A DNA stretch of 63,887 nucleotides, counting the filler, from Octopus bimaculoides (taxonomy: Eukaryota), in the NCBI RefSeq assembly GCF_001194135.2. It is 6 parts of 6 records of this genome, joined end to end, with 100 filler letters (N's around TTAATTAATTAA, not from the genome) between each part and the next. Parts side by side here need not be neighbours in the genome. Positions count along the whole stretch, not along the records: positions 1 to 31,770 come from NC_069001.1; 5 more parts are not named here. One strand, given 5' to 3'. Below, in pieces: positions 12,201 to 24,460 of the stretch. The position numbers were made by a program, and so were the translations under genes. How positions within the stretch are numbered: position 1 is the first letter of the stretch; the number at the start of each line of letters is the position of its first letter. The notes below the pieces were generated by a model, which made no database searches, was not told where the DNA came from, and saw nothing but the letters and a program-made list of their open reading frames with translations.

Positions 12201-13741
12201 TGTTTAGCCACTGTTCATTCTCAATCAAAACAATCTATGATCGAACATTAATCCAGCCGTGACCGTCCTATATATTTTCCACAGAGAATCAAGAAGCATT
12301 TTCTCCAATGCGTTTTGTCCTTAAACTGTGATCTGAAGAAGATTTTTCTTGCTAATCTTAGCAAGTCGAGCGGTCAGGTAAAAGCTCACCTGTTGCTTCG
12401 TTGCGTTCTTGTTGAGATAGCGTTGGTGGCACTGAAGAATGTCTAAAACTCAATGGGAGAATCGGTAGAGCATCTTGTGATGTCTGACAGCAACGCCTGT
12501 GATCACTCTGATGCCAGGTAAGCATCGGTGCTGGCGACATGCAAGCCTCGCATACACAGACAACTGCTTGTCATTTTATTCCTGCCCCAAGACATCGACA
12601 TACTACGCAGTTGCCCGAGCGGAGAAGGGATAAGAGTCTAGGACCCTAATACTAATCTGTGTATGCAGTAGCTTGTTATCAAGAGATAATTACTATAACC
12701 CCAAGATATTGCTTTACTCGAGATTTTATAAACCTTTTGGTTTTCCCCAAAAGAAAATCTTACCCACGTCTGCGCACATACGTGAAAAGGCATGTTACCC
12801 TTAATCGATAAAACCCCTAAATACCATTTTCCATATTTTCCCATAAACCGTCATCGGTCTACAACTGAATGAAATCCTCTATGTGCCGTTGCCGGATTAT
12901 CTATCGTTCTTACAGTCTTTCAATCTGACGCAGACCAGAGGAGCAACTAGTTGGACAGTGTGCTCACGTGGTAGACTGATTAGTTGTGGTCATCAGCACC
13001 TAGTCGGAATTTGAACTCAGAACATTAGCAGCTAGGACAGATACAGAAAAACCATCTTATCCACCTCTCTACAACATTTAAATCCTGATATTCTATAAGT
13101 CCTCAACACCCTCTGGTCTGGCTTAGGTTTGTCATGGGTTCTAAGACAAGTGAGGCTAGATTTTAACGCGGTTTTTCCTGGTGTTTAAGAGCGTGAGATT
13201 ACAACACTCCCCACAAAACAGGACACTTCATTTACAGCTAAGAACAACGTGAAATGGAACAATGCATTGCTCGGACCAGGAATCGAGACCAGGATCTTAC
13301 GATTGTGAGACCACCGCCTAAGCCATTAGGCCACGCGCCTTCGCCCCCAACCACTGGATTTTCAAAGACTAAAACGTGAAATTGGTCTCCTCGGGATTTG
13401 AACTCGGTGCACAGAGAGAAGCATTGCATTCTATTGGGCACTCTAATTACTCTGCAAATCAATCTACCAACCAGCGTCTTTAAATTTCGTTGCACTTCTG
13501 CGGCCCGTTGGCTCACACAATTCTAGGTGGAGTGGAATTATATCAGCGACCACATGGTTGACGAAACTTTTTGACACTTCATAATAGACAGTACTATGAA
13601 GAAATGAACGAAAAATGAATGTCATAGTTTCTATTACCTTTCTGCGGCCCAGGGACCTGCACAATTCTAGGAGGAGCGAAATTATATCAGTGACCCCATG
13701 GACGACAAACCTTTTTGGCATTTCACAGTAGACAATATCTT

Positions 13742-14076
<335 letters not shown>

Positions 14077-14897
14077 TTGCTTAAAAGAGTTCCAACACTG
14101 TCTGTTTTTTATGTTTTATTTATATTCCTGCAGAACTAATGTGGGGTATAGAATATGGAATATACAATATATAATATAAAATAAAATAAAAATGGATACA
14201 AGCATACAAACATATATAAATGTACGCACACATATATATATGCATACATACACGCACATATACATACATGCATATATATATGTGTTCTTATTGGCCAACA
14301 TTTCGCCCCAAAAAGATATAACAGTCTTCTTATTATATCGGCGAACGGGCCATATCTGCAGCGCGTTGCTGTCATTGTTAACGTTGTAATTGCTATTATC
14401 GTTGTCTTCATTATCATGGTCGCTGTTGTTGTTATGGTAATACTGTTGCTATTATTGTTGTTGTTACCATCTACGATGACATCGTCAACATTATTGTTGT
14501 TGTTATTGTCTTATCAGCAGCAAAAGGGGAAAGAGATTTTTTGTTGTTGTTGTGATTTATTGTATGTTTAGTTACTCTTGTTTGTTTGTTTGGTGAGGTG
14601 GGGGATTATGGAGAGCAGTAACAGGTGGAGGTGAAAAGAAATGAATAAAAAGGGAGAGAGACGAGAAACAGGGCGATAATGAGAAAGTGGGGAGAGTGGC
14701 AGATTAGGAAAGATGGGAGAGAAAGAGATGTATCGGGAGACAGATGGATGGATTCAGTGATACAAGGATTAATGAGAAAGAATTGATGGATTTAAGGTGG
14801 AATAGATTTGAGAGGAACACAGTACGTTTTATAGAGAGAGGGAGAGGAGGGAAGAGGTATAGACAGAGGAATTTTTATGTATAGTCAGAGGAAGTTC

Positions 14898-14976
<79 letters not shown>

Positions 14977-15010
14977 GAATAGCCAAGAGAGCGAGGAATA
15001 CATATATATA

Positions 15011-15050
<40 letters not shown>

Positions 15051-15320
15051 GAGAGAGATAGAGAGAAGGTGAGAGAGGAAAGAAGATAACTGTCTGGCTT
15101 AAAATTTATTGAATAAAAAACATTGGATGAAGAGACCAAAAGAGAACTTGAATATCAGGAGGATAATGAGTGTGTTAGATAGAATAGAAGTTGTACGGGT
15201 AGAGTGTGAGAGAGAATGGGAAAACAGAGAATAGTTGTGAGTATGAGAGAAAGAGACAGACAGACAGACAGAAAAACAGAGGAGTTTTAGGGAAAATCAA
15301 AATGAAGAAAGCGGCGTCAT

Positions 15321-15535
15321 GGAGGCGTCAGCATGGCTGTGTGGTTAAGGAGCTCGATTCGCAACCGGTTAGTTTCCGGGTCGGTCTCACTGCGTGGAAT
15401 CTTGGACGGATTTTTTTCTGCTATAAACCCCTGTGTCTTTCAAAGCCTTGGGAATGGATGTGATGGACGAAAATTGTGTGGAAGCCCGTGTGGAAGCCCG
15501 TGTGGAAGCCCGTGTGGAAGCCCGTGTGGAAGCGG
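15321..15535 (+). mobile_element. SINE family D, 5' part with tandem 12-mer expansion
   Basis: Head GGAGGCGTCAGCATGGCTGTGTGGTTAAG; GTGTGGAAGCCC occurs 4 times plus a partial copy at 15476-15533. Confidence 0.8.
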
Positions 15536-15562
15536 GATGTTATGAAGAAAACATGAAATAGA

Positions 15563-15946
15563 GGCGTCAGCGTGGCTATGTGGTTAAAGAGCTCGATTCA
15601 CAACCAGTTGGTTTCTGGTTCAGTCCCACGGCGTGGCAGCTTGGACGGATGTCTTCTTCTATAAACCCCTGGATCGACCAAAGCCTTGGGAGTGGATGTG
15701 ATGGACGGAAACTGTATGGAAGCCTGTCATGTGTATACTGTAGAGTGTCTTTGTTTGTCCCCCACCACCGCTTGACAACGGGAGTTGTTTTACGTCGTCA
15801 TAACTTAGCGGTTCGACAAAAGAGTCCGATAGAATTAGTGTCAGACTTAAAAATAAGTACTCGGTCGATATATTCGGCTAAAACCTTTCAAGGTGGTGCC
15901 CCAGCATGGCCGCAGTCGAAGGCCTGAAACAAATGAAAGATAAAAG
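15563..15946 (+). mobile_element. Near full-length SINE family D
   Basis: Head, core (CAAAGCCTTGGGAGTGGAT), and 3' half CGCTTGACAAC...GGTGCCCCAGCATGGCCGCAGTC...AAAGATAAAAG. Confidence 0.85.
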
Positions 15947-17670
15947 TTTGGGTAATTAAATGGGAAGAGAAATATGCGAACAAGAAAGCAATGAAAGAGA
16001 GAGAGAGAGTGAGAGAAAGAAAGGTGAGACTGACATAGGCAGAGGGAGAAAGAAAGGGGGGACTGATATAGACAGAGGGAGAGAGAAGGGAGTCGAAACT
16101 GTGCAGGAAAATTTCATTAAGAGAGACTTGGCTGAGAGAAAAAAGCGGAAAAAAATTTATGAAGAATTATAAGAGAAAATTAATAAAACCTTTATGAATA
16201 AAGTCTATAGTGTAATGTAATGAAGCAAGAAAGAAAGAGAGAGAGGGGGAGGGAGAGAGAGAGGGAGAGAGATAGGGGAGAGAGGGTGAGAGAGAGAGGA
16301 ACCGAAGAAAAAATTGGAGAAATAGAGAGAGTAAGCAAGAATGTAAAAAGAAGCACTGGAGATGAATAAAATAAGAGGATAAGAACAGATATGAGAGAAT
16401 GTGTGTTTGTGTGCGTGTGTGTGCATGTGCGTGTGTGTGTGTGTGCGTGTGTGTGTGTGAGAGAGAATATTATGTAGATAGATAGAGAGAGAGAGGATAG
16501 ATAGACTAGATAGTCAAGACGGACAGACAAATAGAGAGAGAGGTTAGAGAGCCAGGCTTGATGGATAGATAGACAGACAGACAGGTTAGATTGCGAGAGA
16601 GTATTGTGGAGTTGAATGGATAGAATGATGGGTGAACAGGTAGATGGCTAGGTGAGTAGATTACTAGAATGAGAGAGAGAGAGACAGGGAGAAGGGATAG
16701 TAAGTATCTCTTCAAAGAAAGTTAGATAGATCAAGTATGAAAGATGACGAATAGAACGAGTAGGAGATAAAGACAATGGCAAGGACGCACACAGACAATA
16801 TGTCTAGATAGATAGATAGATAGAGACAAGGAAAACGTAGCTGTAAAGAAATACAAATGGAGAAATTATAAGAAGAAAAACGAGAGATCAGCAATATGTG
16901 ATAGGGAGGAGAAAGAGTTCAAGAAAATATGAGAAAGCGGGAGAGATTGATGAACGAAACGTATGGAAGAGAGAGAGAGGAGGAGAGAGAAAATTTTAAG
17001 AGGATGAGATAGGAGGAGGCGGAAAGTGTAGGAAAGGGGGAGAGCTGTGAAAAATCTCAGAAAATTTATATGTTTATGAGAGAGAGAGTGGAGGTGAATG
17101 TTAGACAAGGCGTGAGAGGTAGGGAGAAAGACCCAGTGATCTAGAAAGCGTTCAATTTCCTGCAATTGAAGCGCCATTAACAAGTAGGTTCTATCGTCTG
17201 CCAAGAGAATCATGGGAAATGAATGGCTTTTTAGGAAAAATAAAAATGCCAGACAAAAGACAAAAATATAAATCAGAAATAAAGAAGTAAAGATGTGGAT
17301 ATTTTTGTTTTGGGTTCTTTTTCTTTTTTTTTTGTGTGTGTGGATATAAATTGTAATGTTAATAGCGATTTTACTAGCGAGAGTATAAAGGAGAGAAAGA
17401 GGGAGAGATAGGAAGAAAGGAGGGGTGATAAAAAGGAGAGAGGAAGAGGGTGCAAACGCGAGTAAAAGTGATGGAGAGGGAGTTAGTACGATGACTTGGA
17501 GAAGCAGAACGGGATTGTATATATGGTTGATGTGTATGTGTGCCTGCATGAGTGCGTCAGAGAGAAAATTGCTATACAAGTCTGTGTGGTGTTACACACA
17601 CACAAACACACGTATACATACATACATACACACACACATACATAATACATACAAACACACACACACACGT

Positions 17671-17735
<65 letters not shown>

Positions 17736-18279
17736 CTCCATATATACAGATATATAACCATATATGTATGAGCTCAACACACGGATAGATGTATACACGC
17801 ACATGCCTATTGTGTGTGTATATATATACATATGTATATATATATGCCTACATACACACTTATGTATCAATATGTACACACACACATACATACATATATA
17901 TATATATATACGTGTAAATGTATATATATATTTACATGCGTGCATGTATGCGTAAACACATATCTGTGTGTATGTGTCTCTATGTATATATATATATATA
18001 TATGTGTAGATGGATGGATGGACAAACATACATACCTACAGATAATGTAAAAATAAATTCGTCTTGAACAACAAAGCTATTTCTTTATGTAGCAAGCTTA
18101 GCAGAAAACAGTCCAGACATTTACAGGCATTTATGGTACGGAATAAATATTCTGTACTTAACAGAATATTTGTAATGAATTTATATTGATTGCTCTAGAC
18201 CAATTAACACTGGTAATGAAAGCTTTGTTTCACATACACAGTTATATGGGAACACTATCAGATCTTTACTCCAGACCAA

Positions 18280-18326
<47 letters not shown>

Positions 18327-18971
18327 NNNNNNNNNNNNNNNNNNNNNNNNNNNNNNNNNNNNNNNNNNNNNNNNNNNNNNNNNNNNNNNNNNNNNNNNNN
18401 NNNNNNNNNNNNNNNNNNNNNNNNNNNNNNNNNNNNNNNNNNNNNNNNNNNNNNNNNNNNNNNNNNNNNNNNNNNNNNNNNNNNNNNNNNNNNNNNNNNN
18501 NNNNNNNNNNNNNNNNNNNNNNNNNNNNNNNNNNNNNNNNNNNNNNNNNNNNNNNNNNNNNNNNNNNNNNNNNNNNNNNNNNNNNNNNNNNNNNNNNNNN
18601 NNNNNNNNNNNNNNNNNNNNNNNNNNNNNNNNNNNNNNNNNNNNNNNNNNNNNNNNNNNNNNNNNNNNNNNNNNNNNNNNNNNNNNNNNNNNNNNNNNNN
18701 NNNNNNNNNNNNNNNNNNNNNNNNNNNNNNNNNNNNNNNNNNNNNNNNNNNNNNNNNNNNNNNNNNNNNNNNNNNNNNNNNNNNNNNNNNNNNNNNNNNN
18801 NNNNNNNNNNNNNNNNNNNNNNNNNNNNNNNNNNNNNNNNNNNNNNNNNNNNNNNNNNNNNNNNNNNNNNNNNNNNNNNNNNNNNNNNNNNNNNNNNNNN
18901 NNNNNNNNNNNNNNNNNNNNNNNNNNNNNNNNNNNNNNNNNNNNNNNNNNNNNNNNNNNNNNNNCAGTAAC

Positions 18972-19440
18972 AATTCAGCGACACAACAGACTGTAAAAGG
19001 GCAAGACGAATGAAAAAATACTAAATATTATTTTAATCTTCGGATTTTTTTAATATGCTAGACCACTGGTTTTAATTGATTAATATCAATTTCTACCCTC
19101 ATTAATAAATTTTAAATAATGATATTCTCAAACCGGTAAATTAGCTGCAAAAATTTGTTAAATGCAGAATTATTTCCGGACTTAGTGCGCCAGATTGAAG
19201 ATATTTGAAAGGATACACTGAATGTAATATGTAGAACTCTACACGTGCTTCCTTTCGGGTGGACGTCGTGTGTCTAGTTCTGGAAATTATATTTTAAATC
19301 GACAGACTACGCTGATGATCCTGCAAATATTTACTTATGTAAGTTTTAACAGGTGAAACCATGGTACGTAGGTTAATCGTTTTTTTATTTAGTATTTTTC
19401 ATTTATCTTGCCCTTTTACAGTCTGTTGTGTCGCTGAATT
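18972..19440. mobile_element. Inverted-repeat element carrying a hammerhead motif (Penelope-like terminal repeat remnant or retrozyme-like)
   Basis: About 55-bp inverted arms (18972-19027 and 19386-19440) enclose a hammerhead fold and a roughly 90-bp module also present in reverse at 1342-1430. Confidence 0.55.
19307..19371 (+). ncRNA. Type I hammerhead ribozyme motif
   Basis: Helix I CTACG(19307-11)/CGTAG(19367-71); CTGATGA 19312-18; helix II CCTG/CAGG with extended loop; GAAAC 19355-59; palindromic helix III ACCATGGT; GUA cleavage triplet 19364-66. The base of helix II is a T-T mismatch instead of the usual G-C. Confidence 0.75.
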
Positions 19441-19539
19441 TTTACTGAGAACATATTTTTTTCGTGGTTAGATGATTCGGCATCTATTTCTAGCACATAG
19501 GAGTCCACTTTTGCTGGTCATTCCTCTTATTTTTGTATG

Positions 19540-19578
<39 letters not shown>

Positions 19579-19959
19579 TAAAAATGAATTTCGTTGAAGA
19601 GATTTTCCCCATGTGGTGAGTTGCAGCGAAAAAATATATAATACAAGGAAAATACATACAATTTATATATTTTTAATATATTTCAGAGGATAGACTATTA
19701 CAATAATTGACCGGTTTCGCGTTTCGCTAATCACGACATTGAAACTGGTGAAAATATTGCGATTTCGTATTTTCTTAGGAAGTTTTAGTCCATGCTGCTT
19801 GCATGAATTTGTTTGCAAATGAATCAGCTTACCGAAAACAAATACAAAACGATAAGCATTGGATCAGAGAATTCTGGAATAAAATGTGGGATTGTTTTTG
19901 TTGTTGTTTTTTTTACAACAGGGAAGATTAAGAAAAGTTTAAAGACGTCCATAGTATTT

Positions 19960-20200
19960 TTTTTACTTGACCCACTTATTTTACTGAAGAAATCACCCCC
20001 GCTAAGTTACTGGGACGCCAACACACCAACATAAGTTGCCAAATGATGGTGGAGACACACACGCACGCACGCACGCACGCACGCACGCTAGATAGATAGA
20101 TAGATAGATAGATAGATATGACTGGCTTCTTTCAGTTTCCGTCAACCAAATCCACTCAAAAGGCTTTGGTCGGCCCGAGGCTATAGTAGAAGGCACTTGC
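19960..20200 (-). mobile_element. SINE family D copy with (CACG)n(AGAT)n internal microsatellite
   Basis: GGCTTCTTTCAGTTTCCGTCAACCAAATCCACTC...GGTCGGCCCGAGGCTATAGTAGAAG core next to the compound repeat. Confidence 0.75.
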
Positions 20201-20304
20201 AGTTCTGTAAATCCTCCTCTTTTGATACTAAATTTCTATTGGAATACGCTGACTTTGCTTCAATTAATTTTGAAAAAGATTCTTTTGTCTATCAATCATT
20301 GGAC

Positions 20305-20592
20305 AGGAGCCAAGCTCGAGCCACCACCTTGAAAAGCTGAGTCGAACAAACTTGTTTTTAAGTCTGGTACTTATTTTACCAGTCCTTTGCTGAACTGCGA
20401 AGGTATAGGGACGTAAACAAACCAGTATCGGTTGTCAAGCGTTGGTTGCACACGTACACACAACGTACTTCCACACAGTATCCGTCTACCTAATTCGGTC
20501 ATAACGCATTTGTCCAATGTGCCACACAGTAGGACCGAACCCGTAGCCATGTAGTTAAGAAGTGATTTCCTTAACCACGTGTGACGCCTGCG
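20305..20592 (-). mobile_element. Diverged SINE family D copy
   Basis: GGGACGTAAACAAACCAGTATCGGTTGTCAAGCG and GGACCGAACCC...CTTAACCAC head remnants. Confidence 0.6.
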
Positions 20593-20904
20593 CTAATGAA
20601 GAATTTAGTGAAACAACTTTGTTGTCTTCCAATCTTCAATCCGTATTTATAAAGCATTTAATTTAATTTAAAGATTTACAGATAATCTACAGCAAAGTCT
20701 GATCTGATCTTGTTTTGCAGATATATTCTTTCGTTTCTATATGGCTTCTCTTCCACCGATTCATTCCTCATCTGTCTCTGATTGTCGAATGCTTTCTCGC
20801 ATCTTGCTTTGGCGACCTCTTTTGCTCATGTTGTTCGTTTCCTAATACCTTACTATTGGCCAGAACAGCAGTTGTCCAATATCTACCTGTATATTACTTC
20901 AGTC

Positions 20905-21287
20905 TGTGGAGGCGCAATGGCCTAGTGGTTAGGGTAGCGGACTCGCGGTCATAGGATCGCGGTTTCGATTCCCAGACCGGGCGTTGTGAGTGTTTATTGA
21001 GTGAAAACACCTAAAGCTCCACGAGGCTCCGGCAGGGGGATGGTGGCGAACCCTGCTGTACTCTTTCCCCACAACTTTCTCTCACTCTTACTTCCTGTTT
21101 CTGTTGTGCCTGTATTTCAAAGGGCCAGCCTTGTCACACTGTGTCACGCTGAATATCCCCGAGAACTACGTTAAAGGTACACGTGTCTGTGGAGTACTCA
21201 GCTACTTGCACGTTAATCTCACGGGCAGGCTGTTCCGTTGATTGGATCAACTGGAACCCTCGACGTCGTAAGCGACGGAGTGCCAAC
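20905..21287 (+). mobile_element. Full-length tRNA-derived SINE family A with 12-bp TSD
   Basis: A box TGGCCTAGTGG, B box GTTTCGATTCC; ATTACTTCAGTC duplicated at 20893-20904 and 21288-21299. Confidence 0.92.
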
Positions 21288-21619
21288 ATTACTTCAGTCA
21301 AATACTACATTGCTAGAGTTGTCATTCTGTCTAATCCATTGATTCTAGACCGAGGTCCATATTTTCGTTGTTAAAATTTATCTGCAATAAATTAGATACA
21401 TTTTCACAATACACAAAATATTTTAGCAAGTTTTTCATACAATTCTTCATAATATGCAGTTATAAAAATATATATAGTCCACCAGAGTAAAATAGGAATC
21501 TAAGGCGTCCATAAGAAAAAAAGAATGGTCGGAAACTACTGATCTAATCCATTATTTTATCGTGGGGGTTTCATATCCAGACAACGACTATACCCAGAAA
21601 ATGGCATGCGTCCTGTTCA

Positions 21620-21732
21620 CTCTTTCTCTCTCTCTCTCTCTAAACGTCTCTCTCTGAGTGTCTCTCTGTCTCTAAGCGTCTCTCTCTCTAAGTATCTCTC
21701 TCTTTAAGCGTCTCTCTCTTGGTCTCTCTCTA

Positions 21733-21766
<34 letters not shown>

Positions 21767-21815
21767 GGTGTCTCTCTCTCTCTCTCTCTAGGTGTCTCTC
21801 TCTCTAGGTGTCTCT
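21620..21815. repeat. (CT)n array punctuated by TAAGCG/TAGGTG
   Basis: Repeated units such as TCTCTCTCTAGGTG with variable CT number. Confidence 0.9.
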
Positions 21816-22003
21816 NNNNNNNNNNTGTATTAGCGTATGTGTATCTGCATATGCGTATGTATGTATGTATGTATGTATGTAAGCATGCATGCATGTATGT
21901 ATGTATGTATGTATGTATGTATACGTATGTCTGTGAATGTGCTTGTCTTGGTTTTTGCAGCAACGTGCAACATGAATGTATGGATATATGGCTGTATATC
22001 ACA

Positions 22004-22054
<51 letters not shown>

Positions 22055-23134
22055 AGGATACATATATGGATGTATAAATAAATGGACGTATTTAGTATTG
22101 AAGATACTATCTAGGGAGTGACGGAAATGCAAAACAAAAGACAAAAAAAACACAAAGAAANNNNNNNNNNNNNNNNNNNNNNNNNNNNNNNNNNNNNNNN
22201 NNNNNNNNNNNNNNNNNNNNNNNNNNNNNNNNNNNNNNNNNNNNNNNNNNNNNNNNNNNNNNNNNNNNNNNNNNNNNNNNNNNNNNNNNNNNNNNNNNNN
22301 NNNNNNNNNNNNNNNNNNNNNNNNNNNNNNNNNNNNNNNNNNNNNNNNNNNNNNNNNNNNNNNNNNNNNNNNNNNNNNNNNNNNNNNNNNNNNNNNNNNN
22401 NNNNNNNNNNNNNNNNNNNNNNNNNNNNNNNNNNNNNNNNNNNNNNNNNNNNNNNNNNNNNNNNNNNNNNNNNNNNNNNNNNNNNNNNNNNNNNNNNNNN
22501 NNNNNNNNNNNNNNNNNNNNNNNNNNNNNNNNNNNNNNNNNNNNNNNNNNNNNNNNNNNNNNNNNNNNNNNNNNNNNNNNNNNNNNNNNNNNNNNNNNNN
22601 NNNNNNNNNNNNNNNNNNNNNNNNNNNNNNNNNNNNNNNNNNNNNNNNNNNNNNNNNNNNNNNNNNNNNNNNNNNNNNNNNNNNNNNNNNNNNNNNNNAT
22701 TAAAAAGAACAAATACATTTTCAAAGAAAAATTTCAAAGAATAACATTTTCAAGAAAACTTCCTCAAAATTTTATTTTGAAGAGAAGAGACGAAGAAAAT
22801 AAATAAATATATTGTGATTGTTGTCGTTGTTTGTAGATTAATGGAGAGGAGAAAAAAGGAGGTGAGGAGGCTAGGGGGGTTCGTGGAACCGGGGTTGTGG
22901 TGGCTGGCGGAGGAGTGACAGTTTTGGTGGTGTGGTGTGGTGTGGTGTGGTCTAGTCAGGTGATGGTGGTGGTGGTGGTGGTGGTGGTTATACTCTGGTG
23001 ATCTTGTATCAACGTTAAAAATCAGCAGCAGCGGTAGCAGCAGCAACATACTAATTATTCCCATCTTTGGCGTTGTCGTCGTCATCATCATTGCCACCAT
23101 CGCCATCATTCTCATCATCATCATCATCATCAAC

Positions 23135-23395
23135 ACAAGCACCATCATCATCATCACAAGCACCATCGTCATCATCATCACAAGCACCATCATCATCATC
23201 ACAAGCACCATCGTCATCATCATCACAAGCACCATCATCATCATCATCACAAGCACCATCATCATCATTATCATCATCATCACAAGCACCATCATCATCA
23301 TCACAAGCACCATCATCATCATCATCACAAGCACCATCATCATCATCATCATCACAAGCACCATCATCATCATCATCATCCGCACAAGCACCATT
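23135..23395. repeat. Minisatellite CAAGCAC(CAT)n, about 10 units
   Basis: Fixed CAAGCAC spacer between variable CAT runs; produces the SSSSQAP and MMMMVLV ORFs. Confidence 0.92.
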
Positions 23396-23799
23396 ATCAA
23401 CGTCAACAACTTCGCCGTTATCTTCATATTAATTTAAAACAAAATCGTTGGAATAAAGGACAAAAGCTTTACTATATTTACGGCTCTTTACGTTCCGAGT
23501 TCAAATCCTCCGAAATCAACCATATTTCTGATTCCCCCGGGGCAGTCGATAACATACAGAAGTTGTATAATTACCCACCTCCTTCAAAATTTGCTGGAAT
23601 TCTGCCTAAATTACGAACAGCGAGTTCGCTTTGCGACCTCGTGGTTTCTGGTTCAATCTCACAGCGTGGCACCAAGAGCAAGTCCTTCCTACAATAGCCC
23701 CGGGCCGACCAATGTCGTGTGAGAGAATTTGATAGACAGAAATTGCGTGGAAGTCCGTCGTGCATATGTGTGTATGTGTATATTCTTCTATTATTATTA

Positions 23800-24232
23800 A
23801 AGCAGCGAGATGGCAGAAACGTTAGCACGCTGGACGAAATGCTTAGCGGTATTTCATTTGTCGCTACGTTCTGAGTTCAAACTCCACCAAGACCGACTTT
23901 GCCTTTCATTCTTTCGTGGTCGATTAAATAAGCCCCAAATACACACTGGGGTCTATATAATTGACTTAATCCCTTCCTCACAAATTTCAGGCCTTGTGCC
24001 TACAATGGAAAAGATTATTAAGTCGGCAGGCTGGCAGAATCGTTAGCACGCTGGACGAAATGCTTAACGGCATTTCGTCCGTCTTTACGTTCTGAGTTCA
24101 AATTCCGCCGAGGTCGACTTTACGTTTTACTCTTTCGGGATCGATAAATTAAGTACTAGTGAAAAAGGAATCGATGAAATCGACTAGTCCCCTCCCCTAA
24201 AATTCAGTCCTTGTGCCTATAGTAGAAAGGTT
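23800..24232 (+). mobile_element. Two head-to-tail SINE family C copies
   Basis: TGGCAGAA(A/T)CGTTAGCACGCTGGACGAAATGCTTA...GTTCTGAGTTCAAA starts at about 23810 and about 24031. Confidence 0.85.
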
Positions 24233-24413
24233 TTTTTTTAATTAGTATGTAACGTTTCTGAAGCAGCAGGTCTATGATCAAAATGCACCCCATCTTTATT
24301 TGAGTCAATATAACTGTGACAATATTATCTAGCATGTTTTTATATATATATATATTTCAAGAACGGCAATCTACATTTTGAGAGTCAGAGATTTTAACTT
24401 CTATTTCTTGCAG

Positions 24414-24460
24414 GTCGAACGACCACTTGGATTATCCATCGTTGACACCACATGACAAAG
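24414..24460 (+). CDS. Candidate 47-nt internal exon of an unknown gene
   Basis: Acceptor TTTTAACTTCTATTTCTTGCAG and donor AAG|GTAGGT; only one frame is open (SNDHLDYPSLTPHDK). No homology recognised. Confidence 0.25.

Noticed and set aside
16866-17579. 237-aa hydrophobic ORF
   Set aside because: Antisense reading of GA-rich low-complexity DNA; no recognisable family.
20908-20980. tRNA genes at SINE heads (also 10910-10985, 26172, 51958)
   Set aside because: A and B boxes are present, but each continues into a shared SINE body without an acceptor stem or terminator.
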